Shown one piece after another: positions 1 to 11,947 of a stretch of 64,000 nt of DNA; the first letter of the stretch is position 1, and every line of letters starts with the position of its first letter. The translations under genes and the position numbers were made by a program. Source of the DNA: Selaginella moellendorffii. Its lineage: Eukaryota > Plantae > Lycopodiophyta. The DNA lies in contig NW_003314429.1 of the NCBI RefSeq assembly GCF_000143415.4, forward strand, positions 124,001 to 188,000, written 5' to 3'. The notes beneath the pieces were generated by a model, which was given only the letters and a program-made list of their open reading frames with translations, was not told the DNA's origin and did no database searches.

Positions 1-2
1 CC

Positions 3-1205
3 TGGAACGCGATGATCGCCGCCGCCACTGCCCAGCTCCAGATCGCCGAGTCCCTCTTCCTCCATCTCCCCCAGTGCAACGTCGTCTCCTGGAACTCGAT
101 CATCGCGAGCTTCGTCCACAACGATCGCCTCGACCGAGCGCTGGAAGCGTTCGAGCGCCTCGCAGCTCGCGACGTGGTCACTTGGACGGTGCTGGTGACG
201 GGGCACTGCCAGCTCGGCAGCGTACGGGACGCCCACTCCACCTTCCGTGCAATGCCGTGCCGTACGGTCGTGGCCTGGAACTCTCTCCTCCAGGGCTATG
301 TCTCTTGCGGGCTTTTGGACGAGGCAAGCAAGAGCTTCGATCGAATGCCCGCCAGGAACTTGGTGTCCTGGACGGGGATCATCTCCGGGTATGCCCATCT
401 CGGCTATATCGATCGAGCAAAGGAGACCTTTGATCGAGCGCCGGAGAGGGACGTGATCTGCTGGAACGCCTTGATCACAGCCTACGCCATGAATGGCTAC
501 AGCATCACGGCGCTCAAGCTCCTGCCGGTGATGGATTCCGATGGAGTCGAGCCCAATGCCGTGACTTTCATGGTGCTCATTGATGCCTGCTCCACTCTCG
601 CGTCTCTGGCCGATAGCAAGATGGTTCACAGCTGCGTGAGGGACGATTCACGGCTGCTCGAGGGTGATGTTCTCCTGCAAACTTCGCTCGTCAACATGTA
701 TGGAAAGTGTGGCCACCTTGACGCTGCGAGGGAGATGTTTGATGATTTCCCGGACAAGTGCTTGGCGCTGTGGAACACGATGCTGTGCGTCTATGCCCAG
801 AACGGGCATACCGATCAAGCCATGGATTTGTTCCAGCTGCTGCTCGTCGAGGGAGTGGAGCCCGACAGGATAACTTACGTTGGCATTCTCTCGGCGTGGA
901 GCCATGCCGGGGTGGTGTGGTACGAGTTCCTGCGGTCACTAGAGCCTGACTTTGGTGTCACTCCCCCGCTGGATTTCTACGTGTGCGTGATTGATATCCT
1001 GGCACGCACGGGTCAGCTGGAACTTGCCGAGGATCTCATCTTCAACATGCCTTACGAGCCGAATGAAGTCGCGTGGACTTCGCTCCTCGGGGCATGTCGT
1101 AGCTACGTCGATCGCGATCGAGCAGCTCGGGTTGCCGAGAGGATGAACTCGTACAATCCGGCAACGTACTTGCTGCTCTCCAATCTCCACTCCCTTCCTC
1201 CTTGA
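3..1205 (+). CDS. PLS-class pentatricopeptide repeat protein with E domain (5' truncated by the window edge)
   Basis: The frame is open from base 3 (WNAMIAA...). It has repeated VVSWNS/DVVTWT/LVNMYGKCG motifs and a C-terminal MPYEPNEVAWTSLLGAC...YLLLSN E domain, with no DYW domain. Confidence 0.92.
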   Translation, partial: WNAMIAAATAQLQIAESLFLHLPQCNVVSWNSIIASFVHNDRLDRALEAFERLAARDVVTWTVLVTGHCQLGSVRDAHSTFRAMPCRTVVAWNSLLQGYVSCGLLDEASKSFDRMPARNLVSWTGIISGYAHLGYIDRAKETFDRAPERDVICWNALITAYAMNGYSITALKLLPVMDSDGVEPNAVTFMVLIDACSTLASLADSKMVHSCVRDDSRLLEGDVLLQTSLVNMYGKCGHLDAAREMFDDFPDKCLALWNTMLCVYAQNGHTDQAMDLFQLLLVEGVEPDRITYVGILSAWSHAGVVWYEFLRSLEPDFGVTPPLDFYVCVIDILARTGQLELAEDLIFNMPYEPNEVAWTSLLGACRSYVDRDRAARVAERMNSYNPATYLLLSNLHSLPP

Positions 1206-1269
1206 TCATCGAACCAAGGAAGGACGAAGAATGGAGGTGGAGGAACTTCGAAACTTTGATAGTAGCTCC

Positions 1270-3030
1270 TCAGCCAGCAGCAGCAGCCATCTCGTCAAGT
1301 TCTTCGCTCACGTAAACGTTGCACAGAACAACGTATGGCGACGAGTCGCCCGGAGTGAGCTCTATCGATCCTTGCGCCGCTCTCTCGGCGCGGTGGATGT
1401 CGCCATGGATCTTACACGAGCCGAGCAGCGTCATCCACTTCTTGTCATCGGGATAAAACGGCATCGTCCTCACGTACTCCTCGGCGAAGTCGAGCCATCC
1501 AACTCTGGCCAGCAGATCGAGGATGCATCCACAGTGCTGGAACCGACACTCGATGCCAAAGTCGAGGAGCATGGAGACGTAGAACTGGTGTCCGTCAGCC
1601 AGCATCCCGGCGGAGTTGCAAGCGAAGAGAACTCCCACGAAAGTTATCGCGTCGGGGTAGACACCCTCGAGCTGCATGGCGAAGAAGAGCTCCAGCGTCG
1701 ACGAGCTCTCGCTAAACTGCGAGAAAGATCCGATGAGCGAGTTCCAAGTCGCCTTGTCCTTCTCGAGCATCTGATCAAACACCGACTTGGCAACCGCGAG
1801 GTTCCCACAGGTGCCATACATGTCGACGAGCGCGTTTCCAACGTTGAGATTGATCTCCTGGAATCCACTCTGCGTGATCTTCTCGTGGATGAATCGCCCC
1901 TCTCGGAGATCCGTGAGGCTGGCGCAGGCGTTGAGACAGATCAAACAGGTGACGCAGTTGGGCTTCACTCCATCCAGTTGCATCATCCGGAAGAGCCGCA
2001 GCGCTTCTCGTGCTTGATCGCTCTTGACGTAGGCCGAGATCATCGCAGTCCAAGTGATCACGTCGGCGATGGCGCCCATGCCATCAAACACCGCTCTAGC
2101 TTCGTCCAGGCTCCCACACTTCGTGTACATGTCCACAAGGCACGTCGCCACCGAGACCTCCTTGTCCATCGCAGCGTCGATCAAGCTCCGGTGGATCGTT
2201 CTACCGATAACGAGCTCCCTCTCGCCGATGCAAGCGTCAAGAACAGCCAGGAAGGTGATCCGGTTGGGCTGGATCCCTTCGTGGTGCATCCGCTGAAGCG
2301 AAACGATCGCGAGATCCAAATGCCCGTGCTGGGAAAATGCCGAGACGAGCAGTGTCCACGACACAACGTTCTTCTCCACGATCTCGGCGAAGAGGGCGAT
2401 GGCGTCGGCGAGAGATCCAAGCTTGCAGTAGGTGTTGAGCAGCGCGTTGTGGAGATCGGCGCTACACACCGCTGCGAGGTGGGCGATGCTGGCGTAGATG
2501 CCCTTGGCGGTGGCGATGGAGCCGATTCGCGTGCAAGCATTGAAGACCGTGACGAAGGTGGATCGATTGGGCGCGGTTCCCTCGAGCTGCATCACGCGGA
2601 AGAGATGGATCGCCTGCTTGGATCGGCCATTGAGGATGAAAGCCGTGAGAAGCCCATTCCAGCAGGCCTGGTTGAGCTCCTTGATCTTGGCGAAGACGGC
2701 CAGCGCCGCGTCGGGATCGCCACACTTGGCGTACATGAAGATGAGGAAGGAGGAGAGGCTGCGCTCGCCCTCGAGCTTGAGCGCCACGATCCGGGAGTGC
2801 ACGAAGCGGCCATCGGGCAGGGATTTGCAATCGCTGCACAGGACGAGCGCGCTCTTGATCGTGTCGAAGTCGACGCGATTCCTCTCGTCTCTGAGGTAGT
2901 CGATCACGCCCGCTAGCTTCGCGCGGACTGCCGCGATCGGTGGCCTGTGCTCCGCGAGGAGTGAGATGCGCCTGATCGATCCCTTTGCCGGGCGGGGGCG
3001 GCCAGCGCGCGCAATTCGAACCCATCGCAT
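1270..3030 (-). CDS. PLS-class PPR protein with E domain (organellar RNA-editing factor-like)
   Basis: Intronless 586-aa ORF with MYAKCG/NVVSWT/PNRITF motifs and the E domain MPFYPDDKKWMTLLGSC...YVVLCNVY. It lies tail-to-tail with the first PPR gene, 64 bp apart. Confidence 0.93.
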   Translation of the reverse strand: MRWVRIARAGRPRPAKGSIRRISLLAEHRPPIAAVRAKLAGVIDYLRDERNRVDFDTIKSALVLCSDCKSLPDGRFVHSRIVALKLEGERSLSSFLIFMYAKCGDPDAALAVFAKIKELNQACWNGLLTAFILNGRSKQAIHLFRVMQLEGTAPNRSTFVTVFNACTRIGSIATAKGIYASIAHLAAVCSADLHNALLNTYCKLGSLADAIALFAEIVEKNVVSWTLLVSAFSQHGHLDLAIVSLQRMHHEGIQPNRITFLAVLDACIGERELVIGRTIHRSLIDAAMDKEVSVATCLVDMYTKCGSLDEARAVFDGMGAIADVITWTAMISAYVKSDQAREALRLFRMMQLDGVKPNCVTCLICLNACASLTDLREGRFIHEKITQSGFQEINLNVGNALVDMYGTCGNLAVAKSVFDQMLEKDKATWNSLIGSFSQFSESSSTLELFFAMQLEGVYPDAITFVGVLFACNSAGMLADGHQFYVSMLLDFGIECRFQHCGCILDLLARVGWLDFAEEYVRTMPFYPDDKKWMTLLGSCKIHGDIHRAERAAQGSIELTPGDSSPYVVLCNVYVSEELDEMAAAAG

Positions 3031-3318
3031 CTATAGATGCCCTTTCAATTTCTAGGGTTCTTGGAAGTCAAACACGACCGTTGCATTGACTGTCCAGGGC
3101 ATTGACTCTATCCGACGGCGGCAGCTCGCCGTCAAAGACAGGCTGTAGATTTTGACGGCGGCGATAAAATCCGGTCAGAAGATTAGGTCGGTTGTGATTG
3201 GCGGCTGGGTTAGGGTTCTAGCGAGTGTTAGGGTTTTACCTCGCGCGAGGCGCGTAGATTTCTCTGTTCGCATTCTCTTTCCCAAGAGCGCTCGATTCCT
3301 AGCGTGAGAGAGGAAGCG
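3031..3318. promoter_or_regulatory. Short shared region between the divergent PPR and cold-shock genes, with telo-box-like motifs
   Basis: 288 bp between divergent start codons. TAGGGTT occurs near 3053, 3211 and 3229. There is an inverted repeat CGCCGTCAAA...TTTGACGGCG at about 3127-3160. Confidence 0.45.
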
Positions 3319-3891
3319 ATGTCGGACGCGGCGGAGAAGAAGAGTGGCAAGGTCAAGTGGTTCAACAGCGCCAAGGGCTTCGGCTTCATCACTCCCGACG
3401 ATGGCGGCGAGGATCTCTTCGTCCACCAGTCGTCCATCCACGCCGATGGCTTCCGCTCACTCAAGGACGGCGAGGCGGTAGAGTTCACCATCGATCGCAG
3501 CGAAGATGGGCGCACGAAGGCGCTCGATGTCACTGGCCCCGAGGGCTCCTTCGTCCAGGGCGCCTCTAGGCGCGACGCCGGTGGCTTTGGCAGCGGCGGC
3601 GGCGGTGGCGGTGGCTTTGTCGGTGGTGGCGGCGGCGGCGGCTTTGGCGGAGGAAGGGGCGCGGACTCTGGCCGCGGCGGCGGAGGAAGATTTGGCGGTG
3701 GTGGTGGCCGCAGTGGTGGCGGTCGAGGCGATGGATGCTTCAAGTGCGGCCAGAGCGGCCATATCTCGCGCGATTGTCCCTCTGGCGGCGGCGGTGGCGG
3801 TGGAAGAGGCGGCGGCGGCGGTGGAAGGAACTGCTACAATTGCCAGCAGTCGGGCCACATAGCCAAGGACTGCCCCAATGCTCCCCAGTGA
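3319..3891 (+). CDS. Cold shock domain protein (CSD, Gly-rich linker, two CCHC zinc knuckles), CSP/GRP2 family
   Basis: [31 protein letters not shown] carries RNP1/RNP2, followed by [14 protein letters not shown] and [17 protein letters not shown] at 3319. Confidence 0.96.
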   Translation: MSDAAEKKSGKVKWFNSAKGFGFITPDDGGEDLFVHQSSIHADGFRSLKDGEAVEFTIDRSEDGRTKALDVTGPEGSFVQGASRRDAGGFGSGGGGGGGFVGGGGGGGFGGGRGADSGRGGGGRFGGGGGRSGGGRGDGCFKCGQSGHISRDCPSGGGGGGGRGGGGGGRNCYNCQQSGHIAKDCPNAPQ

Positions 3892-4535
3892 TGATCCGGC
3901 GCGGGCGTTTGGATGAATGATCATCGTTTGCAGTGGCAGCACTCGTCGATCGTGATCATCATCGCTGCTTCTTAGTTTTTCTCTCTGGTTTCCTTCTGGT
4001 TGTTTCTTCGTTTGGTTGATTGCTGCTGCTGCTACTCACTCACTACTATCAAGTCTCTTTGCGAGGGATTTAATCGACGTTTTTGTGGAAGGCTCGAGCT
4101 GTGGAGAGCTGTGGAGTCCTTCCTCCAACGCCTTGTAATCCATTGTCCCATTTTTGCCTTGATTGATGAATAGGAAAAAAATCTCTCCCCCAAAAGTTCC
4201 AAGAAAATGGAAGTGTTTAAGACAATGTTCTTCGTTTTTGCTGCCCACATAGCTCTCATCACTTTTAACGTCTCTACGACCAAAGCTCTTACGTAGCAAG
4301 TTGCGCGTCACTGTCCCACTGACAAGATCCGCGATGTAGATCTCGCCGTATTCCGGCCCGGAAGATGGGCATAATCGCCCACGGGATGGACGGCTGCGAT
4401 GCGCTACATTCTGGCCACAGAGCGCCGGGAATATTCACGCCTTGTCCAAACGGAATGTTCTCGTGAATATCCGGTGTGATTGTAAAGAGTTATCGTTTGT
4501 GTGGCTAGGCACAGCTTCTCCCTCGATCGGCAGCT

Positions 4536-6403
4536 ATGGCGGCCCTGGCGGCGGCATCGGTAGCGGCGATTCATTCATCACATTCCCTAGGGCAGTTGCC
4601 ACCGGTGGCGGAGCGGAGCGATCGAGTCGGATTTCCTGGCGCGAGCAAGGTGAGGGAAATTTGATTCGATTCCTGCCAGAGAGAGATTGCTCTGGCTTGC
4701 TTCTCCCGAGGATCCATAGATACTGCTGCTGCGCTGCATTGCGGTGCTGAGAATCCGTGCCTGTTGGAACGAGTGAAGAAATATTTTGCCATGAATTCTC
4801 GCGCTCGCGATTTGAATGCTTGCCTTGCAGTGCGATCCCGTCGTTTTCTACTTGTGACGCCATCTGCATCGAAAGCTCAGCTGCATTGTCTCATTCTTGC
4901 CCTGTCGATCGATTCTTTTCTTTTATTTTACGCCCTTCCTCCTTTGCAGTCCTTCTTTGGAGGGAAGATCTCATCGTCGGATCTAACGTACACCCACAGG
5001 CCATCTCCTTCGACTTGGAACTTTTCCGTGAGAGCAGCGGCGGTGTCCACTGAAACTGTGGAGAAAGTGAAGAAGAAAGACGAGGAAGGAGTTGTCACCA
5101 ACTTGTTTAGGCCGAAGGAACCTTACGTCGGGCGATGCCTCCTCAACACCAAAATTGTGGGAGATGATGCTCCTGGAGAGACTTGGCATATGGTTTTTAC
5201 GACCGAAGGTACGTGCGTTTCATGTGAAAAATCAAGTCCCTTGTGGATTCGATCACTTGTAACACTGGCTTGTCTCCAGGAAAAATTCCATACCGAGAAG
5301 GCCAGTCCATTGGAATTGTCCCGCCCGGATTGGATGCCAAGGGAAAACCTCAGAAACTTCGACTTTACTCCATTGCTAGCAGTGCTCCAGGGGACTTCGG
5401 CGATTACAAGACTGTAAGTTTCCTCTCTCTTTTTTTTTTGTTTGGAAATTCAACGAGTTCTCATCGAGCTTCAGTCTTATCTTCCTCGCAGGTGTCTTTG
5501 TGCGTGAAGCGCCTCGTGTACGTGAATGACAAGGGAGAGGAAGTCAAGGGCGTGTGTTCCAACTTTCTCTGTAAGCAAAGCTCTCCTTCCAACGACAGTT
5601 CACATCAACCAAACAAGTTTTGCAGGCGATCTCAAGCCAGGAGATGAAGTCAGCATAACTGGACCTGTTGGGAAGGAGATGCTCATGCCAGTCGATCCAA
5701 ACGCCACAATTATCATGGTACAACAAATCCATTTCCGAGGATTTCACGTCTGACACTCCTATTGCTTTTTTTCTTTTCATCAGCTTGGTACTGGTACTGG
5801 TATCGCACCCTTCAGAGGCTTTTTGTGGCGGATGTTTTTTGAGAAACACGACGACTATAAGGTGAGTTCTCTAGATAAAAGGTCTCTTCTCAAAAGTAAA
5901 CAAGAATGTTGGCTTTGGCAGTTTAACGGGCTAGCCTGGTTGTTCTTGGGAGTTCCAACTAGCAGCTCACTACTGTACAAAGAGGTGCGGCTTTGAGCTT
6001 TCGTGCTATCTATGCATAAACTTGCCATGTTTTTCAATCTCTCAGGAATTCGAGAAGATGAAAGAAAAGTTTCCAAACAATTTCAACCTCGACTTCGCAG
6101 TGAGCCGCGAGCAAACAAACGCCAAGGGCGAGAAGATGTACATCCAGACGCGAATGGCCGAGTATGCCGAGCAGCTTTGGGACCTCCTCAAGAAGGACAA
6201 CACCTACGTCTATATGTGCGGCTTGAAAGGAATGGAGAAAGGAATCGACGATATCATGACCAGCCTCGCAGCCAAAGAAGGTAACGATTGAGATTTCATT
6301 CATACATTTCTAGCTCTCAAAATTCGTGACCACAGGGATCGACTGGGCGGAGTATAAGAAGCAGCTCAAGAAAGGCGAGCAGTGGAACGTCGAAGTCTAC
6401 TAA
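4536..6403 (+). CDS. PETH: Ferredoxin-NADP+ reductase, leaf-type, chloroplast (9 exons: 4536-4649, 4950-5208, 5280-5413, 5492-5570, 5626-5717, 5784-5861, 5922-5984, 6046-6280, 6336-6403)
   Basis: GT-AG introns join in frame. The protein has a transit peptide, [50 protein letters not shown] and the leaf-type C-terminus QWNVEVY*. Confidence 0.96.
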
Positions 6404-6470
6404 ACAAAGCTTCGCTCGCGAAATCGCTTGATGCAATGCCGCAGCATTTGTCGAAAGCTCCTTGTAAAAG

Positions 6471-6575
6471 TGACACGTCATTTTGCCACGTCGCTTAAAC
6501 TAGACACGTCAATGGATACTTACGCGTTGGCAGCCACGGTGGCATAAAGTGTTGGAGATCTATTTCTAGGGTTTA
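6471..6575 (+). promoter_or_regulatory. ACGT-core (G-box/ABRE-like) cluster plus telo-box upstream of the complex I subunit gene
   Basis: TGACACGTCA, GCCACGTC and GACACGTCA lie within 45 bp, and CTAGGGTTT is near 6566, all in a 195-bp intergenic region. Confidence 0.4.
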
Positions 6576-6598
6576 TCCGCGCGAGAGAGAGAGGGACG

Positions 6599-7100
6599 AT
6601 GCCGCGGCGATGGGTGGAGCCTCCCGAGTATCCGGTGATTTACGAGTTCCCAAAGGTCAGCGCCGTCGTCTCCAATTTCAGCTTCCGCGACATGATGCAC
6701 ATTCTCACCTACACCTCCGCCTCGGTTCCATTCGGCTATCTCGCCGGTAAGTGCTTGAGAAATGTAGCTCTGGGGGATGATCTTGTGTGGGTCTTCGAGC
6801 GAAATCTTCGATTCGTGGACGTGATTTCTCGTTTTCCTGCCTATGTGCGTCTGGGATTTCTGTTTGGGCAGAAATTTGTTAAGTTTTCGTGTCTTTTCTA
6901 GGATGTGATTTTTTTCTTTCCTGGATGTTTTAGGAGCGAGCGCCAGGGTGAAAGGTCCAGCGATGGTGGTGGCGGCACTCACAGGACTCCAGGCCGGATA
7001 CATGGTGGCTTACATCTATTCCAAAGGCAGGCTCATGGGGATCTTTCCCAACGACGATGAAGTTGCGAGACTGGGAATGTCAACCATGAGCATATCGTGA
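6599..7100 (+). CDS. Mitochondrial complex I 20.9 kDa subunit (NUXM/MNLL family); exons 6599-6746 and 6934-7100
   Basis: The spliced product YPVIYEFPKVSAVVSNFS...GYLAG...KGPAMV...GYMVAY...GRLMGIFPNDDEVA matches the plant NUXM/MNLL pattern I recall. Confidence 0.85.
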
Positions 7101-10100
7101 TCCAAGCTCCACCTCTTTTGCTTGACGGTGTGATTCAAAACAAGAAACATAGAAGAACTTCTCGAAACCAATAACCATTCATTTTCAAGTAAGCATTTGC
7201 GTTTTTCATCTTTCTCTCGGTCGTATCAAATTTTGGATCATCATCCTCCAGTCACTCATGCGATAGGACCATTATCCACATCCTCCCTCACCTTCTTAGT
7301 GGTAGCACTTCAGCATCACTGCCTTCAACCCAGCAAGGCTTGAAGGATCCAAGATCCCATTCTGCCATGATCAAGAGTCTTGTGTCTAAGGATCATTGCC
7401 TTAATTTTTATTTTCAACCACATGGAGTCTCTCATTTTTGTTTTTTTTTTCTTTTAAGTGTGGACTTCAGTAGAAATTTTACTTCATTGAAAATGATCAG
7501 GGTAATTTAATTGGGTGATTTCATAATAGAATATTTATATTATGATTATGTACGTGAAAATAACATTGTTGACAACAAGTAAGAGTTGCTACACAATATT
7601 CAAAAATAAATATATATTAATTTTAAAAAATTAAATAAACTTTAATTGAAGTTTTTATTATAAGATAGTTATTCAATAACATAGTGTGGCATCATTCCTT
7701 ACATGCTCTAATATTTGATGATATGATGTATTATTGAAAAGCACATAAATTCCATCTATAGTAACAAAATAAAATGAAATTTAAACTTCAAACACTTAAA
7801 CATTGGATATATACTCATTTATAACATTACTAATAACAAAAAAATTAGAGAAAGATAAGAAGGAAAACATATAAATTAGAAAAGTTTCAAGTGTTATAAC
7901 CATAAATTTACAATAAAATAACCACATAGTGGAATTTAACCATTGGACACACATATCAAGGGTAATGGAGAAGAACTTAAATTTCAAGAACAATTCCTAA
8001 ACATACAACCAAAGAACAAAAGAAAAAAAGCATAAAGTAATTCCCAAGCATACATTCAATAAATAAAAAGATATAAATATGACAATGAAACAATTCTAGA
8101 GCATTTAACATTTTAATGCTAAAACCAACACACAAAACAGAGTTAGTTTATTTCAATATACCTAATATAAAATATGGGTACTCCACCATCTAATATAGTA
8201 TAAACCTTAAGTTTATAACCAAGTTGAATGCCTAGCAAGAAGCTAAACAATATATCAAGTTGGTCACCCATTCTTGACTTACACCCCTATAAAAGTATGC
8301 TTTAGGCTTTCACCTAGGAGTTAATCTCCAAAATAATTATAAAAACTTAATAAATATAGAATGGTGCTTTAGTATTCAAGACAATCTCTACATTCTTACT
8401 ATTAGATTAACATTTTTCATAAATAGCCAATGAGATTAAAATATAACTAACACATAGCAAAAGTGTCTTGGTGGACACAATAAAGTATTATGTAGTGGTA
8501 TTGAGGGATTAAAGTTCAATATGCAAGATTTTATCATTAGCAAATAAAAGACATAATGAGATGGGTACTTTTTACTAAGTTATGTTCACTTAGCTAATAA
8601 AATATAGGAATTCCATCTTTATGCTCGTCCAATTTAAGTATATAATGCCAATTAACTCCACTAGCAGAAGATGAAATAATAAAGGGTTTAGTATTATCAA
8701 TTTTTTATTGTTGTGACAATAAGAGAAGAATATTCAAAAGAATTCGCCAACAAGTAACTTATAATATTCATAGGGTTTTAAGATACATCTAACTAGTTTA
8801 CAATCACCTTCAAGAAATATAACAATGAATAAATAGTCAATCACTAATATGAGGACCACTATTGAATTAGGTATCAAGCTATAAACTTATCACAATATAG
8901 TCGAAAGGACCTTCAACTATTATAAGATAGGCATACACATTTGTTGTCATAGGTTACACTTATTTTACTATAAAAATTATAGAAGTACTTACCCAACAAT
9001 TTATATCAAAAGGAATAGCCTCTATAAGCTCTTACAAACTGCTTAAATAATGCTAACACACTACATAGTCAATTGCATAAAAAAGGCAAAGAAGCCTCAA
9101 ATTGATTGGTTCTACAAGACACTAGTGGATGGCACCTACAAGATTACTAAGAGATAGGTGACAGTACCTAGTCATGAGAAGACTACTCACCACAAGTTTG
9201 CTTCTAGTGCCAACACACTATAGATTCTCCGAGAGGCCACTAAGCAACACTAGGAGAGGGTGTCAAGAGCTGCAAGACCTTGTCGATAGCATCTATACAG
9301 GTGCCTGACTAGAAGAACAAAGATGTGTTGCTGAAACTTGCTCATATATAGACCCATTCACTTGCGATTGCTGACAAAGTGACTATGATTATAACCACAA
9401 GAAGAAAAAGTGACTAGGGTTTATGACCACGTGGCACAACACTATTGGATGTGCTTAAGTCACTTTAGTTCTCTTGATTGATTAATTCATTGGATAAAGA
9501 AATGAGTTGATTAATTATGTCAGTTATGTCAATTGTGACACCAAGAACACATCCTTACCTAGCCTACCTATACTTGGGAGACCATTATATGTGGCACGTG
9601 ATTCAGTCCCAAACTAGAAGCCACTAATTGATTGCCATGCTGCTGTATGCTTCAGAGTTTGCAAGGTCTATTATACTTTTAAGACCACAATTTTAAAAAA
9701 GTATATTAACTATTATTAATTTTATAAAAGCATATCCCAAGCAAACTATCATAATATTAAATTCTAGTAGTTTGTCCACATGACAGATGCCGTGCAAATA
9801 ATGTGCTATATTATAATTAAATATATTATTTTTAACGTTAGTTTATGAAATGAATGGTGTTTTTTTCTTCTTCTTTATATTATTTTAGTTGAGGTCTTCT
9901 TGATATGATTTGTGTTATCATGTAAAAATATAAGGCTGTGGTATAAAGCGGAATTATGGGCATTTTCCTCCTAACAAAAAATCAAGTTTCATAATTTTAA
10001 ATGATCATATCTCAAATGATAATGGACAATTGAAACCTGGGGCTGGTATTTTTTCTACATGTAGACTCTTCAGGCTAAAATGTAAACAACAGTAGTAGTA

Positions 10101-10243
10101 CTACTGACCCAAAACCAACAATAGGACTTGGAGCATATTGTAAGAATTTTAAGAAGAAAGAAGAGTGGTCAACTATAAATCTTGATTGAAAATAAAGTGG
10201 TGGTTACATAATATTTTAATTTGTTTTTTAAGTTTCTGGGAGA

Positions 10244-10516
10244 TTAGATGGTGGTGCATGCCAGAACGTTGGTGGAGTCTGTCTGCTGGCAGCAAACAGG
10301 AGTCCCTCCGCACTCGCTACCCACATTTACCGCACAATTTGCAGCATTGACAGTCACAAGTGTACCAGGAGGTGCAGCAGGGAAATTCGAGCAGCAGTAA
10401 GAAGTGGAATCATTTCCACAAGTTTGGTTGCCCTGTCCCAAGGCAGGATTGAGAAAGAGAGCAGCACTCAGGGCCAAGAATGTGGCAATAAGCTTAATTG
10501 AAGAAGAAGAAGCCAT
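10244..10516 (-). CDS. Small secreted 8-Cys protein, class I hydrophobin-like (gene A, copy 1)
   Basis: 90 aa from ATG 10516. Signal peptide MASSSSIKLIATFLALSAALFLNPALG, then C-X7-CC-X18-C-X7-C-X5-CC-X10-C-X3. Intronless. Confidence 0.8.
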   Translation of the reverse strand: MASSSSIKLIATFLALSAALFLNPALGQGNQTCGNDSTSYCCSNFPAAPPGTLVTVNAANCAVNVGSECGGTPVCCQQTDSTNVLACTTI

Positions 10517-10955
10517 GGTTGTAAGAGCAGCTGAATGAGAATGGGTTTGTCTCTTTGGACGCTTAGAATTTATTGAGTTAAGATTGTCCTTCTTCGAGGG
10601 TGTAAGTTGTATGATCGTCCTTTTGTTCATTCATGCAATTAACTAGAGATTCCCTAAACCCGATACACACGAAGCTCATGTGAGAGCTCCTAAAGTGGAC
10701 CTTATACTGCCAACTTAATTATCTTCCAAGAACATTTGTAACTAATACAGCTAGTTTTGAAGCTATAGAAAAGACTCAACTGATATTCAAGAAGGCCACA
10801 TCTACCAAAAAAAGTCAACAGGACACCACAGAGAACTTAACTTAAGAAGACAATGTCTTTAAATTACAGCTCTGGATTCCGAGACAATCCCAGCTCCTAG
10901 GGGAACCTAGAAAGAACAACCCAAACAACTCTAATCATAGAAGCAAAGGAGTGTA

Positions 10956-11036
<81 letters not shown>

Positions 11037-11089
11037 GTATATATATATGTATATATGTATATATATATATGTATATATATATGTATATG

Positions 11090-11124
<35 letters not shown>

Positions 11125-11147
11125 GTGTATGTATATATGTATGTATG

Positions 11148-11179
<32 letters not shown>

Positions 11180-11208
11180 TATGTATGTATATATATATGT
11201 ATGTATGT

Positions 11209-11249
<41 letters not shown>

Positions 11250-11551
11250 TATGTATGTATATATATATATATATGTATGTATATATATGTATATATATAT
11301 ATATATGTATGTATATATGTATATATATGTATGTATATGTATATATATATGTATGTATATGTATATATATATGTATATATATGTATATATATGTATATAT
11401 ATGTATATATATGTATATATATGTATATATATGTATATATATGTATATATATGTATATGTATATATATGTATGTATATGTATATATATGTATGTATATGT
11501 ATATGTATATGTATATATATGTATGTATATGTATGTATATGTATATATATG

Positions 11552-11628
<77 letters not shown>

Positions 11629-11663
11629 ATATATATATGTATGTATATATATATGTATGTATA

Positions 11664-11699
<36 letters not shown>

Positions 11700-11740
11700 T
11701 GTATGTGTATATGTATATATGTATATATGTATATATATGT
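10956..11740. repeat. Compound (TA)n/(TATG)n microsatellite
   Basis: About 785 bp of TA/TATG/TATATG repeats, with a remnant continuing at 16766-16788 beyond the LTR element. Confidence 0.98.
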
Positions 11741-11947
11741 TGTGAGTGCATGGAATATGGAAAGGGAATACAGAAATGTGCATATCAATTAGCCCAAAAA
11801 CCCTAGCTTATATACAGGAGCAAGTGGTCCGGATTGAAACCAATCCGACGGCTACCAAAATCCCACTACGCTAATATTAGTATACGGCATCGTAGCCGTA
11901 CACTTGGCCCTCACATCATCCCCTCCTCTCGGAATAATGCAAGGCCG

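Noticed and set aside
1231-2916. 561-aa plus-strand ORF
   Set aside because: It is the antisense shadow of the GC-rich PPR gene on the minus strand and has no motifs of its own.
10244-10516. Calling the 8-Cys proteins nsLTP, defensin or thionin
   Set aside because: They have two CC doublets at positions 2-3 and 6-7 and no CXC, which does not fit those plant families.
10517-10630. 38-aa N-terminal extension of gene A
   Set aside because: The second ATG (ACCATGG context) directly precedes the signal peptide and matches the MASS start of gene B, so the extension is probably UTR or promoter.
10931-11806. Six long Y/I/H/M-rich ORFs
   Set aside because: They are translations of the TA/TATG microsatellite.
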